64,000 bases of DNA from Octopus vulgaris (taxonomy: Eukaryota), in the NCBI GenBank assembly GCA_951406725.2, contig OX597838.1:45446001-45510000 (forward strand), in the 5' to 3' direction. Of this stretch, positions 52,844 to 64,000 are shown one piece after another. Made by a program: the position numbers and the translations under genes. The number at the start of each line of letters is the position of its first letter. The stretch's first letter is position 1. Under the pieces are notes generated by a model, which saw only the letters and a list, made by a program, of their open reading frames with translations, had not been told where the DNA came from and did not search any database.

Positions 52844-53005
52844 AATATTTGTACCACCAAAAGTCCAGTTAGAATAGCGATTGAAGTTGTGGTTGTGTGA
52901 TTGTCTTGCTCAAACTCGGCTGAAGGTAGCATCCTTTTGAGTCAGTAGGTATAGTTTTAAGTAGTGAGGAAAGGCAAATAATTAGGCAATGCAGGACAAA
53001 GATAT
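52345..53005. repeat. About 164-bp essentially perfect inverted repeat (52345-52508 / 52842-53005)
   Basis: The same peptide start MLPSAEFEQDNHTTTTSIAILTGLLVVQIF appears on both strands in the ORF track. Confidence 0.92.
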
Positions 53006-54169
53006 TTAGTTTCATTTAGTTCAATCTGAAATTTAGCTCTATAACGAATGGTAAAAAATAGTACAAAATAGATTCTTTAGGCCCATAGTTCCTTTGTAGG
53101 CTGCTTTAATAACGTATCTTGATTAGCACTATGGACACTAATTTTTGATGTTTGATTTTAATCTAAATTTGATTTTAAGCGAAAATCTGAGAAATTATTA
53201 ATTTTTGACAACCCCACTCCTTGCTCCCGATTGTTTCTGAGAAGGTCATTGCTGGTATTTATCCACAGTGATTTTTTAAAAATTACGCAGATGTACTTGC
53301 GCAGCAAGTAACTTGATCTGAGATTATGTGCTGAAAACTTCACAAAATGATGCAGCACGAACAGGTTGCGGTTTCAAAGCGACTATGGCGGTAAAAATTC
53401 AGATTAGGATTTATTTTGTTGTTTTTCTTCTACCAATGGATCACGTGTGTGTTACTTTAGCCTCATCATTCCATAAAATGAGTTTAATGGGAGAAAAATA
53501 TTGAAAAAACATAAATGAATGTGAGAATGAAAAGAGAGGGTAGTTTGAGTTGTGCTAGAAACAACAGCGAAATCTCCTTTGAATTGTTCCCCTTTTTCCT
53601 CTGAAAATATTTACAATTTGTTTTCTTTTGTGTTTTTTACCGAAAAGGTTCCTCCCATAGTTTTTAAGTTAAAAAGGAAAATGGCCAGAATCGGTCCGGA
53701 TAGTTTTATTGTAAGGCTTATAGCGTTCAAAACAGCCATAACAACAAAATCACTTTTAAATTTTTTTACAAAAAATATACGGGTATTTTAAAAATTTCTA
53801 TTCAATAAATAATGTTTTAATATTAAGTATACATTAATAAAATAAACTGTCGGTTTTCCAAACAGCGAATTAAAACTTAAAATGAAAACATTAAAAGAGA
53901 AAGTGAGACTTTACAAATAAAAATGGAATCCTCCGCGGTGAATGCAATGAATATTTAAATTTATGAATTGGATGCAATGAATATTTAAATATGCGAGAAA
54001 CTGGAATTTAAAAAATTCAATAAACTTGAGAAATCGAAATTATAGGAAATTTCTTAGAACGTGAATTTGTAAAAATATTTCCCGACGGTCAACCCTTTAA
54101 TAATTGCTTTCTTTTAGTACTTTTAGTAATTGCTACACACCTAATTAATAAGCAGCTTTCTCCATTATA

Positions 54170-54220
<51 letters not shown>

Positions 54221-54224
54221 CACA

Positions 54225-54969
54225 CAAAAGACGAAGACAGGTGGTGTAGACAACAAACAGATGTATTAGTATAACGCTCGGGATGTGAAAAAGTCTTTAA
54301 CGTTTCGAGCCTAAGCTCTTCCACAGAAAGGAACACAGAAAGGAACACAGAAAGAAACAAGGAGAGAAAATAAAGAATCTGTAGTGGCTAGCGGTCTATC
54401 ATGGCGAAGACCGGACAGAAGGATCACACAGGAGAGCTAGGGAGAAGGGGAGATAACAAAGTGGTGGTGATCCCAAAACGAAGGTGCGCGTGCGTGTGTA
54501 TAAGAGAGTTTGTATGTGCGTGTGGAAGAGGGCTGGTGATCTGGACGTGAGCGTGTATGTGTGAAAATGTGAGTCTGGGAAGTGATCAGTGCGATGTGTG
54601 CGTGGTCGTGTGTTGTGTGGTATGGTGGTGTAAGGTGTAGTGGTGTATAGTGGTGTGTGATGGTGTTGGGAGGCGGGAGTGGAGAAATCAAGAGGGGTGT
54701 GTGGGTTAGGCTGAGGGTGGGTGTAGAGGTGGGGTGTGGGTAGACGGAGGGTAGAGGTAAAGGTGGGGTATGTGAGTATGGGTGTAAGGGGTGGAGTGGC
54801 GTGGGATGGGGAAGGATAGGGAAGGTGGGTTGGAATTGTAGGGGTGGGGTGGGTGGGTTTACGAGGGAGGAGTGACGAAGGGAGGAAGGAGAACATGGGT
54901 AGGAGTGAAGAGAAGAAAGAAGGAGAGTAGGAGTGAAGAGAAGTAGGAGTCGGAGTAAGAGTGGAGAGG
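54225..54969 (-). mobile_element. Probable Penelope pLTR with a minimal hammerhead-like motif (about 54294-54331) and a long low-complexity tract
   Basis: CTTT-CTGTGGA-A-GAGC(TTAG)GCTC-GAAAC-GTTA-AAG on the minus strand; the core deviates from CUGANGA. Confidence 0.55.
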
Positions 54970-56610
54970 TGGTGCGTAAGGTATTTGAGGACATACATTT
55001 TTGGGGTCATTGCTGCATTTTCTGCTAACTCTATATAATCTTTGTTACAGAAAATAATAATGCCAGACCCTCAGCTTACCCAAGAAATGAAAAGACATGC
55101 AGTTATTGTGGTTATAAAGGTTGATCATAGCGATTTAGAAATATCTCGACTTTTTAAAAGTTGCCAGATCTGTCGTCTACAAAGTTTGTAAGGAGCTAGA
55201 GACTGAAGACGGAAACGTTTCACCAGTATCAAAGCATAAAAAGGATTCTAAACGCTCTGAAATCATCGGAACACCTGAATTTATCCAGCAAGTTCAACCA
55301 GACCATTGAACACCAAACCATTGATCACCCAGAAAGTCCATGAAGTCATTTGCAATAGATCTCCATGTGTCAAAAGGAACAGCCAGAAATGTTGTCCGCG
55401 AAGACATCAGATATAAGTCTTGTATGGTGAGGAAAGGTCAATTTGTCAGAAAAAACAACAGAAAATCATTACATCAGATTTAAAAGGTTCTTAAACAAAC
55501 TGAAAAATCCAGAAGAAGATTTGATTTGGTTTTTCTCAAACGAGAAAAACTTCGACCAAAGTCAAAAAGTTAACAGTAGTAACAGATGGTTACGTGCAGA
55601 CCTTTCTTAAGATCCAGGTGTTATGCATACAACATTTCCTGCAACTGTCATGGTTTTAGAGGTTGTCAGCAATGAAGGATGTGTGATGCCTCCTTACTTC
55701 TTTCCAAAAGGCTTTAGAGTTAACTCTGCTGCCTACATTGAAGTCCTGCAAATAATTGTTAAGCCCAGGATTGACAGTGTATGCAATGGAAGGCCATATG
55801 TGTTTTGGTTAGACTCTGTGCTATCACACATGGCTCTAGTCACACAGGAACGAATGGCTGAAAATTTTCATGATCACAAAACCCCTAATATTTGGCCTCC
55901 TAATTCCCCAGATATCAGTCCATTGGACTATTACATATGGAGCGTTGTTGAGAGAGAGGTCAATGAACACATCCATAACAGCAAAGATTCTTTGAAAGCT
56001 GCCATCGTCAGAGTGATGTCAAAAATGAACCAGGACCACTTGATTCGAGCATGTAGGTGACTTAGATCTCATAGGCGCAGGATGGCTGTGTGGTAAGAAG
56101 AATGCTTCCCAACCACATGGTTCCGGGTTCAGTCCACTGCGTGGCACCTTCCGTCTACCAAATCCACTCACAAGGCTTTGGTCGGACCGAGGTTATAGTA
56201 AAAACCACTTGCCCGTAAATATATATGTAAATGTGTGTGTGTGTTTGTTATTCATGTCTGTGTTTGTCCCTCCACTATCGCTTGACAACCGATGTTGGTG
56301 TGTTTACGTCCCCGTAACTTAGCGGTTCGGTAAAAGAACCGATAGAATAGATACTAAGCTTACAAAGAATAAGTCCTGGGGTCGATTTGTTCGACTAAAG
56401 GTGGCGCTCCAGCATGGCTGCAGTTAAATGACTGAAACAAGTAAAAGAATATAGAAGCAGTTGTTGGAGCTGAAGGTGGCTTTATTGAACATTATAGAAA
56501 AGAAGGATTATTTTATCCTCATAGCATTTTTTGATAAAGGAAGTTATTATCAGTTATTATATATCTGTTTTATATAAACTTAAATCTGTCCTCAAATATC
56601 TTACGCACCA
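54970..56610 (+). mobile_element. Tc1/mariner superfamily DD37D (maT) DNA transposon, decayed
   Basis: 24-bp TIRs TGGTGCGTAAG(G/A)TATTTGAGGACA (54970-54993 / 56587-56610); FSNEKNF, VMVLEVVS, WPPNSPDISPLDYYIW; 37 residues between the 2nd and 3rd Asp. Confidence 0.9.
56074..56450 (+). mobile_element. SINE family B inserted in the maT transposase
   Basis: Interrupts ...RSH|IEAVVGAEGGFIE; short ATAG duplication. Confidence 0.88.
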
Positions 56611-57001
56611 TGTGTGTATGTATGTATGTATGTGTGCAGATTTGTCTGTTTTGCTTTATGTATGTATTCTCATGCATATATTTGTATATATCTTGACATG
56701 CTCATATATATTAAAATGATAAACTTTTGGAATGTTTTACAGATTTTTACAGTTCCAGTGATGGATTGGATCTGTAGTCTTCGAGTTAACTTTTTCTTTT
56801 CTGGTTTTGAGAAGCCTAGTGTGTGTGTATGTATGTATATGCATGTATGTAAGTATATGTAGGTATGTATAATTATATATATATACATATGTATTTACAT
56901 ATAAGTGTGAGTGTATTTATATATGTATATATATATATTTATATATAAGCATGTATATATATAAATATATATATATATGATATATATTGATAAAACGGTA
57001 A

Positions 57002-57800
57002 GATAACAATTTTAAAAACATAATCAAACATAACATACAAAAAACACAACAAGAAAACAGCTGTTCATGCAGGAATAAAGAATTGTGCCCGCTAAATGGA
57101 GCTTGCATGTCCAAGACCATCATATATGAAGCTACCGTAAACTCTATAACCACTAAAGACACCGTTTCGACGAAGAAATACGTGGGCCTTACAGAGGGTA
57201 ATTTCAAGGCCAGGTTCAATAACCACACTTTGAGCTTTAGGCACTGGAACAAAAGAAAAGCGACACAATTATCTAATCATATTTGGTCTTTAAGAGATAA
57301 AGGTGTCGATTATAACATACAATGGAAGATTTTGGCCAAATGTAAGCCCTATACTAACGGCAGCGGAAGGTGCGGTCTATGCGACATGGAGAGATGGCTT
57401 ATCTGGAAAAGCAGCTTAGACCCTACTACATGTCTAAATACAAGGACAGAGCTTTTCGGATCATGCCCACATGTGACTAAATTTCTGTTACGTTTTTGGT
57501 CCCCTAAAGAAAACAGATAGAACATGCTTTCTATGTTATGTCCCAAGAAGAATTTATATATTTTTATATATTTTTATATATTTTTATGTATTTTTATATA
57601 ATTTTTATGACGAAAAATGCGAGCGATGTATAAGTACGCAGGCAAAGCAGAGTTATAACAGAGTAATTTCCCTTTATTTAACGGTATTTTTTCATAGCGT
57701 TTTCAAATAGCCAGATAACCGAAGAGACGGTGTTGTGGATTTCCACTTCGGCATCTGAAACTCAGAGTTTTATCTTGACTACCGAGTAATGTAACATATT
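57002..57800 (+). mobile_element. 5'-truncated Penelope-like element: GIY-YIG endonuclease (open frame 57002-57520) plus 3' pLTR
   Basis: CSC...CPLNGAC, IIYEA...YVG.T..FK.RF..H, LSNHIW, CGLC..E, LN.R.E...C.H. Confidence 0.9.
57713..57775 (+). ncRNA. Type I hammerhead ribozyme, one core substitution
   Basis: Stem I AGATAA/TTATCT, CCGAAGA, G-U rich stem II, GAAA, CTC-A-GAG, cleavage triplet GUU. Confidence 0.72.
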
Positions 57801-57807
57801 ATTGTAT

Positions 57808-57912
<105 letters not shown>

Positions 57913-58229
57913 TGTATGTATACATGTATACATATATATGTATACATGTATAATATTTAAAAGGATTTATTTACACAACTCTTGTACATATTACTCCTTC
58001 AGCAATGATAGGTAATTATTATTTTTAAATGTAATATATTGTGGAAATATATGTACAATATTTATGTAAATAAATCCTTTTAAATAATATATTGTATTAC
58101 TCTATCGATTTTTATACGAATTAATTGAGTTGTAAGTAAAAGCGCTTTTATCACAATTCTCACCGATTCCCTTTTGAGCTTCTATGACAGCGTTATTTGC
58201 TTGTGACTTTAAACATTTCAACACATCTT

Positions 58230-58580
58230 GGTAAGAAACTAGTTTTTCGACCACATGGTTCCAGGTTCATTCCCACAGCGATATATATAAGTGTCTTCGA
58301 CTATAGCCTCGCGCCGATCCAAGCCTTTGGATCAAAGTGGATTTGTTAGATGGAAACTGAAAGAAGCCTGTCGTGTGTATATGTGTATGTGTCTCTGTAT
58401 CTGTGTTTGTCCCCCACCACTTGACAGCCGGTGTCGTTGTGCTTACTTACTGGTTCAGCCAAAGAGACCGATAGAATAAGTACTAGGCTTTAAAAAAATA
58501 AGTCTTAGAGTCGATTTGTTCGAGTAAAACCCTCCAGGGTGCATAACCGCAGTCAAATGGCCGAAAACAAGTCAAAAAGA
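58230..58580 (+). mobile_element. Diverged SINE family B
   Basis: CCACATGGTTCCAGGTTCA...GGAAACTGAAAGAAGCC...GAGACCGATAGAATAAGTACTAGG. Confidence 0.8.
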
Positions 58581-58980
58581 AGATTCCATATAAATCTGGT
58601 CGACGATATTGAGGAGAGAGTTACTTGAACTGGGCTGTTTCTGGAACCACGTGCCCACGCCCAAATGCGCTCACCATCTTCCCACTCAGGCATATGTTAT
58701 GAAAAGAAGACAAGTCAGTTCGTTCGCAGCATTCACGAAGCCGCAGTGAATACCAGATATAAGCCTACACATCCATTTTAGGGTCCCTCCCTCCGGATTT
58801 TCTGTAGAGGTAATCGCTCATGGAATTATCCCACAAATCAGGTGAAGTTTATTATTTTAGGGTGTTTCATTTCTATGCGTTAAACTAATACAATATTTGG
58901 CTCTCCTGAGTTTTATTTATTTTGGTTTTTTGTTGATTGTCTTCATGATATATGCGTGTGTGTGTGTATGTGTGTATGTG

Positions 58981-59065
<85 letters not shown>

Positions 59066-59369
59066 GTGTGCGTGTGTGTGTGTGTGTGTGTGTTTAATCT
59101 GACGTCTGAAAGTTAAAAGAAGGGTAAAAGTAATCAAACACGACAGTTGTTTTCTAAAGGAGACACTGCTTGCGTAGCATGTACCCCGACAATAGTTTCG
59201 TGGCCATTCAGTGTCCTTTCTCATCGGGTGCTCGGGTGTATACGGCTATTCTTTTCAAAATTATTTGCCATGAATTAATTAGGCAAAAACCAAATTAATT
59301 ATGCAAAAACTACATTTTAAGAATAAAAAAGGGGAAAAGAAAGTGGGATTGGTAAAAAACCAATCACAT

Positions 59370-61425
59370 GCCCTTCATAAGGACAACCTTCGGTTTTGAT
59401 ATTATAATGCCGACATATTGTCCGGTGTAAACACTGGCCGACTCTGTCATGTCTTGCTTTATATTCTACACCCTGCTAAGACTCTACTCCCTGAGATTAG
59501 GCTGTCTATAGTTCAATCTCATCGCTACAGAATCGGCATTTTGGGCCAGCTCCATTTTTTATCACATTGGCTTGGTAGTTCCGGGTTAATAAGCAGCTAA
59601 TATCAAATCTTTATTCTCTGCTTTTAGCCCTGAGCTTCGTAACCATTGATGCGTGTGTTTCTGGTCGACATCAGCTTGTTTGTTACGGGCCACATACTTG
59701 CCATGCAGTGGTTTCTGTTCCCATCTGCTAGTTAATTTTTCATTGCTTTTGTCTTTGCAATTAATTTTACTTTCTTTGCAGCTGCAGTTGGCGCATTTCC
59801 TTCAACCTGAGCAATCTGGTAGGTATCTAAGAGATCAGGAGCGAATTTTTTGCTCTCTTTCAGAATAGAGTGAAGTTATTTCGGTCTTTCATGTTTTTCA
59901 ACAAGTTTTAGCACCCAATCGTTGGTTGTTTCAAGGTATTTGTCCAGTCCGATTGTGGTGGTTTTGTATGTAAGTTTTGTATGTTTTTTTTAAAGACTCC
60001 GCCGGTTACGACGACGAGGGTCCCAGCTGATACGATCAACGGAACAGCTTGCTCGTGAAATTAACGTGCAAATGGCTGAGCATTCCACAGACACGTGTAC
60101 CCTTAACGTAGTTCTCGGGGATAATCAGCGTGACACAGAGAGTGACAAGGCTGACCCTTTGAAATACAAATACAACTCATTTTTGCCAGCTGAGTGGACT
60201 GGAGCAACGTGAAATAAAGTGTCTTGCTCAAGGACACAACGCGTCGCCGGGAATCGAACTCACAACCTTACGATCATGAGCCGAATGCCCTAACCACTAA
60301 GCCACGCGCCCTCACAAGTTTTGTATGTAAGTTCAAGCTGGATCAAGCCTCGACCTCCCTGAGCTCTGGGAAGGTAAAGACGATCCACGTCTACCTTTGA
60401 ATGGTGCATCTTATTACAAGTCAGTAGCTGGCAGATTTTTCTGTCAATTTTCATTATTTCACTTGTATTCCAGTCAAGCACATTGAAGCTATAAAGAACA
60501 TTTGGTACTGCTAAGGAATTTATGGCTTATTATATGCATTCAGCTCAGACTTCAGGACTGCTTGAACTCTTCTATAACATTCCTTCCTAAACTCTTTCAT
60601 ACATTCATGCTGGATACCAGAGCCTTCATTTATTCCTAGGTATTTATAGGTTTGTTCCTGCTCAAGTTCCTTTATCACTGTTTCGACATCTAATTCGATT
60701 GTACTTGACTTTACCAATTTCATAGTTGGTCCTTAACATTTGTTCTTGAGCTGCGCATATGAGTTCTTCTGTCTTTATCTTCAGTTCACTCGTCCTCATC
60801 CATAGCCACCGGTTCTCTATATCTGACTTGGCGTTCATATCTCTTGCAAACTGACCGTACAATTTTTTGCACCTCATGCTTTTTCTTTTGGGGGGTTCAT
60901 TTCTTCTCTCAATTTTTCTTTCATTACACAATTTTCAGTTTTGATGAAGCCAGCCTTCGTATGTTTTAACAATGACTCCATGGCATTTTTATATACCTGT
61001 TTTATATACGCTGTTTTCTTCTGCTTCGATACAGTCCTGGCAACTGATCAAACCTCTCTCACCCTTTCTTCTGGACTTTCGGTGTCACTCTTATGTTGGA
61101 AGGTTCCATGGACTGTCAAAATTGTTCCTGGTCTTTCTATCCATTTTCTTCATTTCTCTCTTTTGCTATTTCATAATTCCTACTCCATACCGAAGTGATG
61201 CTATCGCCCACGTACTAACTGCTTAGATTTTATTCCATCAAGTCAATTTAGAGCGCAACACCAACCTTAATCTTCGGAAATATTCCATCCCCAGTTGCTC
61301 TTTCATTTCCTTCTCCATTATCTCGTTGAACTCTCGTACACCAAGGTATTGGTAGCCTTCCGTTTCAATTTGTTCAATGCAGTCTCTGTTCGGTAATTCT
61401 ATCTCTGCTATGGACTTCGCTTCTT
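59370..61425 (-). mobile_element. R4/Dong-like LINE remnants (two pieces joined near 60722), interrupted by a SINE
   Basis: YKYLGINE, DVDRLYLPRAQGGRGL, KKLYGQF, ICAAQEQ.LRTNY, YQYLGV. Confidence 0.8.
59985..60315 (-). mobile_element. CORE-like tRNA SINE (family D)
   Basis: GGGCGCGTGGCTTAGTGGTTAGGG...GAGTTCGATTCC...TGTGTCCTTGAGCAAGACACTT; 13-16-bp TSD around AAGTTTTGTATGT. Confidence 0.88.
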
Positions 61426-61444
61426 TTTAGGTAGGTTATTTCGA

Positions 61445-61504
<60 letters not shown>

Positions 61505-62052
61505 GAGTGAGAGAGCAGTGCATGCCATCAAAGTGACACTGGGGTAAAATATACGAAGCCCAGTATACCCATCATGACTACCCGTCTGATAAGGGTACAC
61601 TAGGCACTTGCTTCACAACCATATGTGCACGACATGGTGATCTCATATCAAGATAAACAGCACATGACCTTGAGGGTGGGGCTCAGTTAGAATTTTCTTC
61701 AGGTCGAGTAACCCATCCCACTCGAAAGGTCCCTGATTAAGGGTTGTTTAAGGATGTTGAACGAAACACCCATGTTTCCAGAGGTGAATTATTCAAACCC
61801 CAAAGAATCCCTCTCAACACATGGCTATGATGCTCCTCCACTACTTCTGCTCGTGATCAGAGATGCACATATCGTCAGCCACTAAGGGACATGCTCAACT
61901 GGTTACGGTCAAACAACTGACAAGAAAATCTGTCGTATTGAGAAGAATATTTGCTGTAGCCCATCATTTATACCAAGACAAAACATTGATAACAATTCTC
62001 ATCAGTTAAGATCAGAAGCCATGACAGCCACTGCCTGGTACTGCATCAGGGC

Positions 62053-62056
<4 letters not shown>
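61505..62056. mobile_element. 550-bp non-coding element flanked on both sides by (ATT)n
   Basis: Sharp boundaries within (ATT)n tracts 61446-61504 and 62057-62113; no ORF. Confidence 0.6.
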
Positions 62057-62116
<60 letters not shown>

Positions 62117-62200
62117 TAGTTTTATTTTTATAGCGTGCTTTCACTTCATAGCGTGCTTTAAGTATATAGTTAATTACATATATGTGTGTATAAAAATGTA

Positions 62201-62251
<51 letters not shown>

Positions 62252-62289
62252 ATTGTACATATATATATTATATATATTATATAAGAAGG

Positions 62290-64000
62290 GCTGGTAGAGC
62301 TAAAGGAAAAGCTCAAGCAGGACCAAAGGGTGAAAAAACCAGGAATAGAAGTGGAACCGCAAAAGATGGAAACGGACAGCGCACACGGGTGTGTAGGTTC
62401 TACCTGAGAGGTTCCTGCTGGCATGGAAAGGAAGGTGCAGGCTGCCGCTTTGCACATCGGGGACCCTGCCACAGAAACACGAGGCAGATGGATAAACCAT
62501 CAACACAAGGAAAAGGGATGGACCACGCACCACTTGCCCCAAAGCGGAGGTACGCAGATGTTGTGCGTGCCACAAACAGCCAACATGATGTTGTCGAAAG
62601 AGCAGCTGCTGAGCAACAATCTTTTTTGTGCATGGCACAAAAGATTGTACAGCAGCTGACCTGGCTTCATCAAACCCAAGCCCGCAGGTGGGACTACCCA
62701 CTATATACCAGACCACCACAGCAAACAGACCCAGGATGGACACCACCGGCAACAACGTACACCTCACCTCGATGCTCCTACTGAACATCAGAGGACTGCA
62801 AACACTCAGTAACAGGACAAAAATCCCGTTCCTGAGAGATTTTGTTGCATGCAATCAAGCCTTATGCATAGCACTAACGGAAACGCACCTGAAACCGGAT
62901 ATAGCAGATGCGGAGTTACACATACCACAGTATGCTGTACTACGGACCGACAGGAAAGAAAGGAGTCATGGAGGTGTTGCTATGTACATCCGTGAGGACC
63001 TCACACCCAGGTCCTCTTGTCATACTCAAACTCGGTGTGTGACACACTAATTGTACATATTAGGCAACTTGATGTAGTTGTGTGTGCTACATATCGCCCT
63101 CCAGATGCCCCAAGCCATGTGGGCAAGTTTGAAGACTGCCTTATAAAAATAGAAGTTCTAACCACATTAGAACAACACATAAGTGTACTTCTTATGGGAG
63201 ACTTCAATCTTCCAAATGTCAGATGGCCCGAGGGCCTTTCTCTCCCAGGAATGACAAGATGTGAACGAGGACAGGCGAGGTCCCTCCTGAACCTCATCAA
63301 CACCCTGTACATGGAGCAGGTAATACTCCAACCAACCAGGGCAGGTAACACACTGGATCTCTGCTTCACAAATGACATGGATCTCATCCATAATGTGAAA
63401 GTGACACCGACACTACTCTCGGATCACAACATGATAGAGCTGACCATGTACGGGCCAAAAGAGAGCACGGACATGCAGCCTACAAGAAACCCCAGAATCT
63501 TTCCAGCTTGAACTACCATAAGGCAAACTGGAAACAAATTGAAAAGAGATCCTCAAACAAAACTGGCCTAAATGTCTCTCCTCGCCAGACATCGACGTGA
63601 AACTTCAACAATTCATGTCTGTAATGCAAGCCATATGCTACAAATATGTCCCAGAGAGAAAGGCCACTGTACACAAGAACAAAATCCCCAGAGAGAGGAA
63701 AATTCTAATGAGACGGCGTACAAAATTTTCAAATCGCCTAAACAAACAGATTGAAAGCAGTGAAAAGTCCCGCCTAAAAATAAAACTGTTGGAAATCGAA
63801 AAATGTCTGAAACTCTCCCATGAAAAGGAAAGAGCAGACAAAGAAGCCTGGGCTATAGACAACATAAAATCAATGAGGGTAAGTGGAAAACCAATGAGGG
63901 TAAGTGAAATACTGAATGAGCAATTCAAGAGTGTTTTCACTCCACCCATTGGGCATCTCCAAATCACCAATCCAACTGACTTTTTTACCACTGCAGATAT
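62290..64000 (+). mobile_element. CR1-group LINE 5' part (CCCH zinc-finger ORF1 fragment and frameshifted APE), related to 30112-33240; runs off the window
   Basis: CRFYLRGSCWHG...CRFAH; LNIRGL, ALTETHL, SHGGVAMYIR, YRPP, GDFNLP, SDHN. Confidence 0.92.

Noticed and set aside
54399-55010. 203-aa Pro/Thr/His-rich ORF
   Set aside because: Low-complexity tract that crosses the maT TIR boundary; no domain
60240-60312. tRNA-like sequences (also 49793-49866 and the SINE A and B heads)
   Set aside because: They run directly into SINE bodies and tails and lack complete cloverleaf pairing; SINE heads rather than tRNA genes
63870-63910. Short direct duplication CAATGAGGGTAAGTG containing GTAAGT
   Set aside because: Local deletion/duplication scar in a decayed LINE copy; no support for a functional splice site

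Overview
AT-rich eukaryotic (animal) DNA made almost entirely of transposable elements and microsatellites. The SINE, LINE and Penelope inventory suggests a coleoid cephalopod (octopus-like) genome; this is my inference, not a database result. I cannot support any host protein-coding gene, rRNA, true tRNA or CRISPR array, and most ORFs in the track are microsatellite artefacts. Main contents: (1) a full-length 5.3-kb L1/Tx1-type retrotransposon (22118-27419, minus) with an intact 1130-aa ORF2 and a 15-bp TSD, nested in a hammerhead-bearing Penelope pseudo-LTR; (2) two non-autonomous Tx1-like derivatives, an ORF1-only 2.2-kb element and a 0.73-kb mini-element, each with a TSD inside a SINE; (3) a stack of three Tx1 3' ends separated by (GATA)n; (4) CR1-like, RTE, R4/Dong, Penelope GIY-YIG, DD37D (maT) and Helitron remnants; (5) many tRNA-derived SINEs. 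The most striking pattern is an apparent SINE-targeted Tx1 system: independent insertions sharing one 3' tail land at the same AGACGAA-containing site of a SINE, and the autonomous copy sits in a look-alike site.
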